From assembly GCA_002633005.1 (NCBI GenBank), contig NMRA01000703.1, forward strand, positions 91,881 to 129,856: DNA of 37,976 bases. Reading direction: 5' to 3'. Both the position numbers and the translations under genes were made by a program. This document shows, piece after piece, positions 1 to 11,400 of the stretch. Source of the stretch: Phoronis australis (lineage: Eukaryota > Animalia > Phoronida). A model generated the notes under the pieces. It was not told where the DNA came from. It saw only the letters and a list, made by a program, of their open reading frames with translations, and made no database searches. Within the stretch, counting starts at the first letter, position 1. Each line of letters begins with the position of its first letter.

Positions 1-835
1 AGCCTCGCTCGTCGGTATTTAGCCGTGGCTGTACACTTCAAACCGTTCCGCAGTGCTTCAAAAAGAACGCAAAAGATTTGCTGATCTTGTGAGGAAAATG
101 TCACACTACATGGTCTGGCCCTTCGAACAGACGCAGCGTACTGGTCAACGGGATTGGTGTTGTATTTTTCCTGTACAGATTTTCTCCCACAACAGGAATC
201 CAGATTGCTTTGTACACGTAAAATTATAAAACTTAACCGCGAATCGAAACTTGGCCAAGAAGTGCGCGCTAGAGCCTACATGTGGGCCTGCTCAATGAGA
301 TAAATATAACTACATATACAGCTCATTGGGCCTGCTACTCTGGCAAATGAACACTGATGACACGCACGCGCTCGCTCATTCGGTGCACACCTGTTGACTC
401 ACTTCAATACAAACGTCACGTGACAACATATGTGTTCGTCCAGATTTTTCTCGTTGCCGGGTGCGATCTAGCGCAGTTTGACTTAATCTGCGGTTACATC
501 CCGACTCCGAGTCCACAGGAACTTAAGAATCTTAGGAAAGGCTATTTGGAAAACTTAAGGAGGATTTGAGGTAATTTGAGTCGAAACTATTTTTACTCAA
601 GAATTCAAGTTGTCCTATCGACGATTGCGAAGCAGCGACGCATCAGTTGGCAAGTTTTCGCCCTGGGATTTCAGCACATTTTTTTTTTAAAGATTAACAA
701 CAGAGTTTGATAGCAATGCACCACAGTTTTGTAGAAAGTCTGTCATAGGTTACACATACGTCACAGCGGACCGGGTTTTAACCGCCCTACTACAAAAAGC
801 GTCCCCCTGGGCGCTAATTATTAGGGCAAATACGG
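1..835 (+). mobile_element. Non-autonomous Tc1/mariner (pogo-like) DNA transposon, family M, copy 1 (left end outside window)
   Basis: Ends ...GGGCGCTAATTATTAGGGCAAATACGG followed by TA (836-837). Body aligns by eye to copy 3 (bases 1-95 match ~12887-12982) and to the reverse complement of copy 2. CCGTA termini with TA TSD are typical of Tc1/mariner-type elements. Confidence 0.7.
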
Positions 836-1079
836 TAGCCCTAATAGATGGTGACATCAGTGCACGAAACGATGATTTTTATTTAAACTATTAGCAAGTT
901 TGTCGTGACTGGCGCCAACGGCCGGGTGACTGAACTTCGGGCGAGTAGATTTTCTGGCTTCGACACTCGCCCAGCTGGCGAGCAGGATTTTTCAAGACTA
1001 AAAGCCTGGGTAAATCCCTGACTTCCACACTTTTCCAAAAAAGGGAAAACTACGGAATAATGGCTGAGGAGGGTAAAAG

Positions 1080-1258
1080 TCTAGTCGCCGTGCATGTTGG
1101 TATGTTTTTGGAGACCGATTCAACATCAGACAACTTGATTTTTGGTAACGTTGATAAGTCTTTTGACCACGCCCCCTTGCAGGACGATGCCATGTTTGTC
1201 AAGGCGCCTCGTTTTCGATCAACACGACAGCAGCGCCCCGCGTTCGTGAAATAGGTGA
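1080..1258 (-). mobile_element. Possible ISL2EU-like transposon terminal fragment (start of a SWIM/YqaJ-type accessory ORF)
   Basis: Minus-strand AAACATGGCATCG start (ATG 1193) gives MASSCKGAWSKDLSTLPKIKLSDV, resembling from memory the W-x-x-D-L-x-x-L-P N-terminus of ISL2EU second ORFs. The segment ends at GAAATAGGTGA|AT, exactly where LINE endonuclease similarity stops. Confidence 0.3.
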
Positions 1259-1959
1259 ATACAGTCATTTGTGAGGAGAATATCGAATAATTCGAGACCG
1301 GCGTGGTTGTCATTGTCTTCTGAGTACCAAGTACTATTTCTTGCGTTGAAATCCCCGTTGATAACAATTGTTTTATTAGTTTGAGAGAGTTCTTGCAATT
1401 GTTCTGAAAAGGTTTTGAAATATGCTTTCCTTTCATGGGACGTCTGTGAGGGTGAGCGATAGAAAAAAACGTAATATACCTTTTTGTGGTTGACGTAAAG
1501 TTCAATCCAACAGTTACTCAATGATTGCATAATTTTATCATCAATTGTTTTGTAATTTACGGAGTTGTAGACAAACAAGATCAACCCCCTCCCGGCATTA
1601 GTGTGGTAGGCAATGTTGTATTCTGGAATAATAAGTGCACTGAGGTTGTCTTCGGACAGTGTTCCAGATTCACATATAGCAATGACCATGTAATTGTTGT
1701 CTGTAATAACTTGCTTAAGAAAATCAAATCTTGAAAGATTGTTCGCCTTGATACTGTTGATATTAGTGAATAAGACCTTGAAGCTGGCTAAACCCTGAGT
1801 GCCTGGTCCTGGATTGACCTCTATGTCACCAGCAGTAAAAAGACTTTGCTCAATGATAACTCGGATATCACAACATGAGTTCTTCATTGTGCAGTAAACA
1901 TTACGTAAGTGCTCAGTTTTAGTTTTAAATGAACATTTGTAAGGATGAAAATAATTCAT
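1259..1959 (-). mobile_element. Non-LTR retrotransposon (CR1/L2-like) fragment: 2A-like peptide followed by apurinic endonuclease domain, 3'-truncated, no RT
   Basis: ORF 1219-1959 has APE motifs in order: LFTNINSIK, VIAICES, GRGLILFV, FYRSPSQ, IVINGDFNARNSTW, then AGLELFDIL. These are preceded by LFTAGDIEVNPGP. Confidence 0.9.
1804..1830 (-). other. 2A-like ribosomal StopGo motif GDIEVNPG/P
   Basis: GGT GAC ATA GAG GTC AAT CCA GGA CCA is an exact match to the D(V/I)ExNPGP consensus, immediately N-terminal to the APE domain. Confidence 0.8.
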
Positions 1960-1976
1960 TTTGAAACAAAACTGCT

Positions 1977-2870
1977 TTGCCGGCCACAGAAACGGAGATA
2001 TTTCACGGCTTCATACTTGGTATTATGGCGTACTTTTCTTTCTTTACTATGGGGAACCACTTCCTAAGCATTTTGGGTTCTCGAGGAAATAAAAAACAAT
2101 ATACCCGCTTTCCTCGTATCTTCATGGTTTGCACAAGCAGGAACAATATGCAACACCATGGCCTCTACAGTGACTGGAGGTGCTTTATCTGCATTCACCC
2201 ATGCCTCCAAACATACCCAGAGCAAGTAACTCCAGGAACTAGCAGTGACATGCCTTGTGCTGGTGTTGTCTCCAGCCCAGAGCCTGTAAGCATCCCTTCA
2301 GCAATGCTGAGTAGTGGTAGTGAATACAGATCAACTTCAACACCCAGTGGGGAGGACAGTTTGTCATCCATAGGTCAGGCCGGTGACCCAAACTTTGATA
2401 AGTTTATTGTATTGCGAACTTGACTAAAATATTGGAGCTAATTATAAGGTGCCAGTGTGTGGCGAGGGAGTCACACGGCTCGATGTAAGCTGTTTGAGAG
2501 CTCAGGTCACCATTCAGTGGGAACAGCATACTAGGCATTCCATTGAGGTAGGCATAACAGTCCACACCTTGCATTTGCACCAAGACGTTCCACCACATCT
2601 GTCCTCAGTCCCTGCCACATCCCTCTCAACAGCTGTCTGTACTCTGCCTCACTATACCTGGGCTCAAACATGTATCCACCCACTGCTACTACAAACTAAG
2701 ATTCCTAAATCCAACATAACTGAGTTCTCTAACAACTTAGTTTGTCATAGAATACTTGTCGATGGGAAATGGTGACGACAATTTTGGGAGACCAGCACAA
2801 AAACAACAGTAGAACAGATCCTCACAGTAACTCAAACACACCAGAAACGAAATGGCGGGAAATTCTTATC
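1977..2870. mobile_element. Degenerate chimeric Kolobok fragment: inverted family-B THAP piece (1977-2160, -) joined to family-A internal region (2166-2870, +)
   Basis: 1977-2160 is the reverse complement of 26545-26730 (e.g. CCACTTCCTAAGCATTTTGGGTTCTCGAGG). 2166-2870 aligns to ~16938-17845 (PNFDKFIV, C..CGEGVTR, then KolX reverse strand). No TIRs seen. Confidence 0.8.
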
Positions 2871-3680
2871 CCCCTAGAAGTCCCTTCCACAATTGTTTGT
2901 GATAATCAATGAACCATATTTTTACTAAAAGTGACACAAAAAAGGTTGCTTTCCCCTATTATAAGTAAAAATAAACACAAAACAGCCAGTCACAGTCAGT
3001 ACAAATGAACATTAGCCATTGATTTCAAACTGAGCTATCATAAGACCAATCTCCAAGAGGAATACCTTCAGGCTATGATTAACTGAATTCCGAAAAAGGT
3101 CAGCAGTGGGCTGCTTGTAAAGTTTGTGGTTTGTTGAAACAATGAGAATTAAGTTCGGACTACAGTGATAATATACTGAACAAAGACTTCACATCCAACT
3201 AATATGGTGTAACCAGGATTGGTGTAAATTATTGCTACTTAAATGCAACATGAAAATTTGACTACTTTTGGTATATTTTTTTAAAATTTAATATACATTA
3301 TTATACGACTGTCCTGATTGGCTGAAACATAGTACTGTAAACCTCCATTAATTTGCGCTAAAATAATAGCCAAAATGGTCATTGCCAACTTTTCAAAGGT
3401 TGGTCACCCTTTGGAAATAATAAATTCCATTTTATGACTACATGCTACCAGTGCTGTGTCGGAAAAAAATAGAGGTAAGTAGGCACCCAAAGCCCATCGT
3501 ATCACCTTGAACACTTAAAGGAGAATGTCACCCGATTTAATTAGTCTTTTTTGCCGTCTTAATCGGTCTATATCCACATCGCCTCGCATAAGGTCGACCT
3601 TACCTTGCCAAGAGGTGTTGCATTAACCTGTGAAGGTGAGAAAAAACGCGAGCGACGTCAGTGGTTCATATGTAGAGTGA

Positions 3681-3915
3681 ATGCCGCTATGTTGCGGTGC
3701 ATCGTTCCCGCTTGTCCGAACTAAGCACCTGCGAGGAAAGTGGGTATATCATTTTTTTTTACTTCCTCGAGTCCGAAATGCTTAGGAAGTGGCTCATGTT
3801 AGTGAAGAATGAAATGTACGCTGTAAATAGCAAGTATGAGGCCGCGAAACATCTCCATGTCTGTGGCTTGCAGACGTCGACAGTGCCTGACGAATGCCGG
3901 CTTACCAAATAACTC
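3681..3915 (+). pseudogene. Frameshifted THAP domain of Kolobok-B transposase
   Basis: ATGCCGCTATGTTGCGGTGCATCG start and MLRKWLMLVKNEMYAVNSKYEAAKHLHVCG. Homologous to the intact ORF at 26536 but with indels. Confidence 0.8.
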
Positions 3916-4075
3916 CATACGTTCCGTTGTCTGAGCTTTTTCACGGCGCCTCTCTAGTATTTCTTCATCACTGTATTCCTGTTCAAATTGATAGCCTGTA
4001 AAACTTAACGATCCACCTGCGAAGTCGGGAGTGATGAGCTCTAGCTCGTCCTAAGTCGGGATTTGGAGTTGCCAT
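3915..4075 (-). pseudogene. N-terminal remnant of KolX-like protein (Kolobok-B copy 1)
   Basis: Manual translation of the minus strand: ...DELELITPDFAGGSLSFTGYQFEQEYSDEEILERRREKAQTTERM. The YxFE(P)EY motif at 3973-3993 matches GYMFEPEY in family A. Confidence 0.65.
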
Positions 4076-5356
4076 GTTGGCGTTTATTACTGAGCGTTCT
4101 GTTTCAAAATGAATTATTCTCAACCTAACCAATACTTATATAAAACTGAAACAAAGACTGTCTCATTAGATGCAATTTGTAATGCCTTTGGAGTGTTCGT
4201 GAGTGCAAATGATTTGAGAAGCCAGCAATGAATAAATCACTGTGTTACCGGCTTTAGGTGCAATAAAACTAATTGACGGTACACCGAGGCCGGGTGAGCT
4301 CATGCTAATTTAGTGTTTGCTTGCAGAAACTGTTGTGAAACAATTCAATTTCCATCCCACGGCCAGGGGAATCTTTATTTACATTTACATTACTCAAATA
4401 ATGATTGTCAATGTACAACTTCTGTTCTGACGGTGCTGTGGCCAAAGCGGAACCTTTGAATATGCGGCCCCCGATGAGTAAGTAGATTTGCAGTTTCGTG
4501 GCTAATTCACCACCATAATCACATGCACATTTCTTCTTTGGCTCACTAGTATAGTATTTTCTTGACAGCAAGCTTAGTTTCCACTGAACTTTGGCTGGTT
4601 TATGTTCGTGATGTCTGATCAGTTTCCGAGCCACTGGCCGAGATAACGAGTCAATCCGGCAGGCCGCGACGGGCCTGATCGGGCTCCGAGCCACTGGCCA
4701 GGATAACAAGTGTTTTGTGCTTAGAACTCAAAAAATCACAAGTCTAAACAACACAGATCTAGGTTCTCCTGTCTGTATCTCACGGAAAATACTTCGAAAT
4801 TATCTCCGAACAGACCTCAAAGTCCTACTACGGATCTTATTGGCCTGCCGAACTTTGTAGGCTACGGTGTGTCCAAATACCAATAAATTAATAAGAGCGA
4901 AATAAAACAACACGTTTTTATAAAAACTAGATGTATTTTTAAGGGTTTTACATCGAAGTTTGAATGATTTATTGGTGTTAAATGATGAATTCATGTGATA
5001 AGCTGACACCAGTAACCCGTGTTGTGAACTGCTGAACAGACTGCGTGTGAAACCGATGACTGCATTGGATAATTTCAACACCTCCGTCTGCCAGTCAGGT
5101 GTCAGGTAACGCAACCGTACGTGTCGTTATGGAGTAGAACTACTCGATCTAAATTGATACAAATTAGGTTGTTTTTTGGGTGGCATGCTCCTTTAATGTA
5201 ACTTACGGTGCGTAGGCGCTACATTCAAATCCCAAAAGGTGGTTGGCTACGCCAACGCCCCACTACAGAGCTGCATACTACAATCTATGCTAAGGAATGG
5301 ACTAAAATGTTGTCATCTTCACTTTTGTTGAGAAATTTAACAGAATAAAATTTGAA

Positions 5357-5620
5357 ATGTGTACCATATTATGCGTCATACTGTGCACCATATTGTGTGT
5401 CGTATTGCGTGTCATACTGTTCCATATTATGCGCCATACCATGTGCCATATTGTGCAGCATACTGTGTACCATATTGTATGCCATACTAAGTGCCATATT
5501 GTGAGGCATACTGTGTGCTATATTGTGCGCCACACTATGTGCCATAGTGTGCACCATACTGTGTCATATTGTGCTCCATACAGTGTACAATATTGTGCGC
5601 CAGCCATATTGTGTGCACTG
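5357..5620. repeat. Degenerate 12/24-bp minisatellite (CATATTGTGCGC / CATACTGTGTGC)
   Basis: Visible ~12-bp periodicity with alternating CATATT/CATACT. It explains the low-complexity ORFs 5357-5662 and 5369-5557. Confidence 0.85.
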
Positions 5621-5695
5621 TGTGTGGGCGGTGGGAGGGTAACTGTAGGTTGGTCTATATGATCTGATACCACCCTCGGGATCAGTCCATATTTT

Positions 5696-7458
5696 CCCGG
5701 GTGAGAATTTCACACGTTTGATACTCTCTGATAAGTGAAGTATTGGAACAGTGTGTCAAACGTGTAAAACGTGGCTTGTCAAACGTGACGAAAATGTGGC
5801 AAAAACGTGTAATTTTTGTTTCAATACTCCACGTTTGACACCCTAAGCATGTCAAATGTGGCGCTTTTGCCATGGTAGCCTGTAATCTGTGTCATTACCA
5901 TGTTAGCTACTCCACATTTAGGCTGAGGCTGTGGACAAGCCATAATGTTCTTGTTTATAGCAGCTCACCATGCACCATGCGAATTCATACTGAAAGCAAA
6001 TGTATAGACAGATTTCTTTTTTAAGTCACTGTTTATTGTGAAATGTAAATAATCCAAAATGTGACAATGATATAGAATCTTTACAAAGATAATGTAACGA
6101 ACTAATTCTTACCACAGACTGTTGCCACTAAACTTCATTAATTTTACATCTAGAATAACATTAACACAGAAATAAGAAAATGGTTCAACATACAAGTTCT
6201 AAGTGCTTAAGCTGCTATATATGTGTACCTAAGTTAGGTTGCTTGAAGACAGTCTATGAAGTGAACAACACATGCACTTTATAACATTTCTGAATTAGCA
6301 AGAGCGATTCAACGTTTGTCATAACATCAAGTTCATGTTGATTTTGCAGCCCAAACTTTTACACACAATGCCTTATCCTAATTCAAGCTGACACAAAATT
6401 TTAGTTGATCCTATAACAACAAGAATATACTAGGCATCTTGATAAAAATCTTTTTAAATGAGTTATATTGAAGAATGATTAAAGTTGCTCTTTAAAATTG
6501 AAGGTATATAAGCAAGGCATCAATGACCAACCAAAATATGATGACATCAAATTCAAAACACTGCCATAATTTCGTGCATTGTTCATATTGTCTGGAGCGA
6601 TCAAACTACAATTTGCTTTGTAGGTATTTCCATGTAATTTTCTGTCTATTCTTTATTTTAAAATACTTCCCAATCGAATTTTAGCATAAAAAGGTACTAT
6701 TTTCAAGGCTGTGGTATGCAATGGTATTGAACTTAAAAAGAGAGTTCCATATAACCAATTGATATGCTATTGAAGATGAGAGGCTGGATGTTACAACTTC
6801 ATATATTACCTGCATAGTCAACAGTTTCTACTGACTCTTGTTTTCTGTTACAATCAATCTTAACTGTTTAAAAGAAGGACCACATACAAGGAAAGTTTAT
6901 CAAGCTACTGTAACCAGAATATATACAAACCAAACTTCTGTCAGAGCTGCATCACACTTGAAAACCATGCTTCATAAGTGCTCTCCTGACACAACTGCAC
7001 TCTGACAGCTGAGTATCTGGACATTTGAAAAGGCAGTGAAAATTTTTGTTGCACGTTCTTTGATGTTATTAATGGAACATGTCATTCAAATTGGGTGATT
7101 GCTTCCCAGCAGCCTTTTCAGAACTGCCAAGCCTATTTAAATAGTATCTTTATTGAAGAGTTCTATTACATTTTACACATTTGACACATTTGACACGCTA
7201 GCGGCTAGCGTATAAAATTTTATACGTTTGACACACTATCGTGTCAAATTTTACACGTTTGACAAGCTAGCGTGGCAAATTTTACACTTTTGACACGCTA
7301 GCATGTAAAATTTTACACATGTGACACACTAGCGTGTCACGTTTTTACACGTTTTTCACGTAAGCATGGCCATTTTGACAGGTATTACACGTCTGACACA
7401 TTTTTGACACGTTTGACACGGTCAAGAGCGTGTCATACTTGTAAAATTCTCACCCGGG
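5696..7458. mobile_element. Non-autonomous EnSpm/CACTA-like (CCC-terminated) DNA transposon
   Basis: ~29-bp imperfect TIRs: CCCGGGTGAGAATTTCACACGTTTGATAC versus reverse complement of the right end CCCGGGTGAGAATTTTACAAGTATGACAC. Dense subterminal TTTGACACG/CGTGTCAAA repeats at 5710-5860 and 7170-7440. TSD not cleanly preserved. Confidence 0.7.
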
Positions 7459-8114
7459 CTTATGGCATTCGACTGTCGCAACCCTGATTAAGTTCCGAGT
7501 ATGAACTTCTTCACTGGTATCAGCCTAATTCCAATCCTTGCAATTGCGAGTTTACCTGGCCTCAGCCTATTGCAATCATTGCAACTGCCAGTTTACTTAG
7601 TCTCAACCTATTATAACCATTGCAATCCTCCTTACCTCGCCTCAATTCTTGCACATTTGGGACACCTGTCTGGGACGTAGCACGACTTGTGATAACACGA
7701 TCGACAAACTGTAATATGAAAGTTAACACATTATACTATGAACTCATCAATATTAGGTACACACTGAAATTATGTATCCTTAAAATATATAAGTGTCCAA
7801 AAAATATTGATTTGCAGTCTGACAAATAATTTATTACCAGCAGTAAAATGAAATATATTTCCAACAAATTTAGAAAGAAAACATTTAAGCTCAATTTCAT
7901 TCAACTAACTTTATTGATGTAAGTCACAAACAATAAAACATTAAACAAACTGATATAAAATAAAAGTGGTAAAAAGTAAAGGAGTATAATGATTATATAA
8001 TATATAAGATAAGACACATTATTATCAAACTGACCTACTAATCCCATAAGAGTGAGGATATCACCAAAGAAAAAAATAAATATTCTGAGCTGGCCCTACC
8101 ATATATCGTTATTA

Positions 8115-9386
8115 CCGTATTCGCCCTAATAAGCGCCCAAGGCGCTTCGAAAAATTCGCTTCATGAAGGGAGGCGCTTATTATAGCTCAAAAGTGGTTGA
8201 AACCCGGTCTCCGAAACAGGTGAAATCGTAAGCCAGAATTCATAAAATTTACGCTCTGTGACTCATCTGTAACCTATGACAGACTTTCTACAAAATTGCA
8301 GTGCATTGCTATCAAACTTTGTTGTTAAATTGTAGCAATTTTCAGAAAATCCCAGCACGAAAACTCGCCGACTGATGCATCGCTGCCTCGCGATGGCGGA
8401 CAGGTCAACTTGAATTCTTGAATAGTTTGATTCAACAAATTACCTGAAGTCCTCCTTTAGTTTTCAAAATAGCGTCCCTAAGATTTTTAATTACCTGTGG
8501 AGTCGGGATTAACAGTACATTAAGTCCATATCTGCGCTAGATTGTACTCCGCAACGCAAGAAAAATCTCTGGATGAACACACATGTTGTTGTCATGTGAT
8601 GTTTGTTTTGAAGTTTGTCTGTGAATTGTGTGAAGGAGCAAGCACGTATGTGTCATCAGAGTTCATTTGCCAGAGTAAACACGATTAACGATCTAGGTGT
8701 TCATTGTAACTAAGGAAATTAACACAAGCAGTAAAGCAGAACGGGTTTTATTTAGCACTTGTTGATCTCATCTGCTACAAAACGTTCGAGAATTGTCTCA
8801 ATATGGCCGATGTCAATGAATCATCGGGTGACTAGATGCGTGACAGTCTAACAGTTATTTTTCGGGAGATTCTGGGGTTGTAAAGGTACGAAAGCCTCTG
8901 TGTTCACTATAGTGGGTCATTTTGACTTTAAAAACACCAATTAAGACTAATTTAATAATTCCCCCTTAAAAATAATGCAAAAGTTTTTTACGGTATTAGA
9001 AACTTTCAGAAATAAGTGCCAGGATTTATTTCTTGTCGATGCTATGCTACCCGTTTCATGAATAGATAGTTCCTGAAGACTAATCTTCGACGACAGGCAC
9101 TTGAATGTAGCACGTTCTTTTTGAAGCAAGGCGGAGGTCTGAAGTGTACAGTCATGGCTAAATACCAACATAGTGGCACGCTCATGGTCTACAAATTCAA
9201 TGCACAATGATTTTTTCAGGACTGTCGGATCTTATTGATAAATTGAAAACGTTACTGTAGAATTTTAGAACTGTAAGTAAGCCGTTTTTTGCATGTGGCG
9301 TTCATGGCCTGGGCCCTTATTTTAGCAAAGTCTGAAAACACGTGGGGGGTGCTTATAGGGGCATGGGCACTTATTAGGGTGATCAG
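8115..9386 (-). mobile_element. Tc1/mariner-type non-autonomous element, family M, copy 2 (inverted relative to copies 1 and 3)
   Basis: TA|CCGTATTCGCCCTAATAAGCGCCC at 8113; degenerate end GGGCACTTATTAGGGTGATCAG|TA at 9388. 9260-9350 is the reverse complement of ~12720-12810. Confidence 0.8.
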
Positions 9387-11400
9387 TAAGATAAGATTTT
9401 AAGAGTTGTGAGAGCACAGATAAAGCTTTACGAACTACATTCAAATTGTAATGTGCAAGACTGACAGATTCGACAGAAACAGGTATCTAATATTATTCAT
9501 GAATATTTTGTTGTAGTTAGCGTTTTTGCATGACTCATTTTTGTCCTACTTTCCAACATTTCTAACAATCCAATTGACAGCGGATTGATAACCAAAATCA
9601 TAAAAACCAGGCAATGCCATTACGTCAAATGTCAATGCCAGAGCCAGTGATGTAAGCTTCCCTGAGCAGTGTTCAACCAATAACCTACGGTGCTGATCGA
9701 AAATAGCTTCCCGTTGAACGTGTTTAACGCTCTATCAGACCTAGGGTGATCCTTCACTTGAGTGAGGCCGGACTTCGCTTGAACGCACTCTGAACTCGGC
9801 TGGGTTGAGACTCAACTTAAGAATGGCCTGGGTTGGACCTCAGACAAACTGTGGTCATTGAGGCATTTAATGTCTGGGGGTTAACTCCTGTATATGTTAC
9901 CACTGATTACTGAACCAGCACTCATTTGCCTCAACTTCCCCACAGGTTTTTGTCAACGTTGTACTTTTTATGTTGAATGTTATTTAATTTTCGAGGAGGA
10001 ATTAAATGGGATTTGACGACGGGGAGGGTTGTAAAATTGATGGCGAAAGGGGGGACAGATCGTGAAAGGCATAAATGCCGCATGATACTATTCGAAATCT
10101 ATCATCACAATTAGCTAAGCTGATCTTATTTGATCCAGGGTAACAAGGTGGTGTTAATCTAACGTGTTGAGGAACCATGAAGTAATCACGAATGTTTTGG
10201 CTCTATACTGAATGGGATTGACACAGAAACTTTTATAAACTGGAGCATTCCAACAATTTTACAGTGCAGTGCATGGGCCCATTGATAATTTATGTCCTTG
10301 TTTATAGCCTACTCTTTCGTATTCATTGCACTTTGTGGTACCATATCTACAGTTGTACCCCGTGGTACACAACTGCTTGTCAGATTTTGTCGTAATAGAT
10401 TCCGTAAAAGTGCCATCAATATGTGGAATGCAATGTGATTTTATTTGATAAACGCACAAAGGCGAGGTACAATTGGTGGTTCAGTACTCAGAGCCCTGTG
10501 GCAGTACTCGAACAAATGAGCTAACACAGGCCTAGTCACTGGTCCATATAATCTGAAAGAATATCCATGAATCCTAAAAGTGAAACCAACGTTTTGGTTA
10601 CATGAATGATTTCATGAACTTGGGTTCGTCACTCCTGCCAAGTTAAGAAATTGGAATTTCGTGAACACGTATGACCTCCAATAGATTTTTCTTCATGGAG
10701 ACATGTGAATATCCTGATGGCTTGAGCTGTGACACAGAATGTCATGAAAAGACGAAATAATCATAAACAATGTAGATCGGCAGTGCGTTTTAATGGAAAC
10801 TTAATTAAAGATTGGGAACCAGCAGACCTGGAACATACCTGGACACCGCCAATTTCACGCTTTTCTCTTATTTTCAAGAGAGTCAAGGCAGGCAAAATAA
10901 CAAAAGTGAAAAACCTGTAAATGAAAATACTTGTCAAAAAAAAACAAAACAGGTTGGCGAGCTAACCGTCCTGTTGGACAACACTGCCTCAAATTAATGA
11001 CCCTGTTCACTTGAACAAAGATAGAAGACATTGTGATTAATTATTGATACAGTGAAAAGTTTAGTATTAAAGGCTACTTATATCTGCCGAGTCGTCGTGG
11101 TAAGTTAAATATATACATAAAATGAGTTTCCAGTAAAATGCCACGTTGATTTTCATTGTTTATGATTATTTTGTCTTTTCATGGCCTTCTGTGGCATATC
11201 TTCAGAATGCCCGGAAATCGAATAGGCCTTGACATGCATGTGGGCATTTATGATCAGCAAGCTAAACTTTCGCTCAATACCTAGAACAAAGAACAATGGC
11301 TAGCATCGGGCTGTTTCCTAAGTCATTGCTTCGCTGTACCCTCAGGAGGTCCGTACTGAATGATCAGCAGTACGAACTCTACAAAACAAAGCCAGGAAAC

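Larger units (their letters stand above)
3519..5192 (+). mobile_element. Non-autonomous Kolobok DNA transposon, family B, copy 1 (1674 bp)
   Basis: TTAA TSD at 3515-3518 and 5193-5196. TIRs AGGAGAATGTCACCC / GGGTGGCATGCTCCT. Colinear with 26372-27994. Contains a frameshifted THAP start and a reverse-strand KolX start. Confidence 0.9.

Noticed and set aside
4305-4709. 134-aa minus-strand ORF in the right arm of Kolobok-B as a third gene
   Set aside because: The frame is not preserved in copy 2, there is no ATG start or recognisable motif, and part of it derives from a local duplication (4615-4708).
5357-5662. His/Cys-rich ORFs on both strands
   Set aside because: They are by-products of the 12-bp minisatellite; no splice or homology support.
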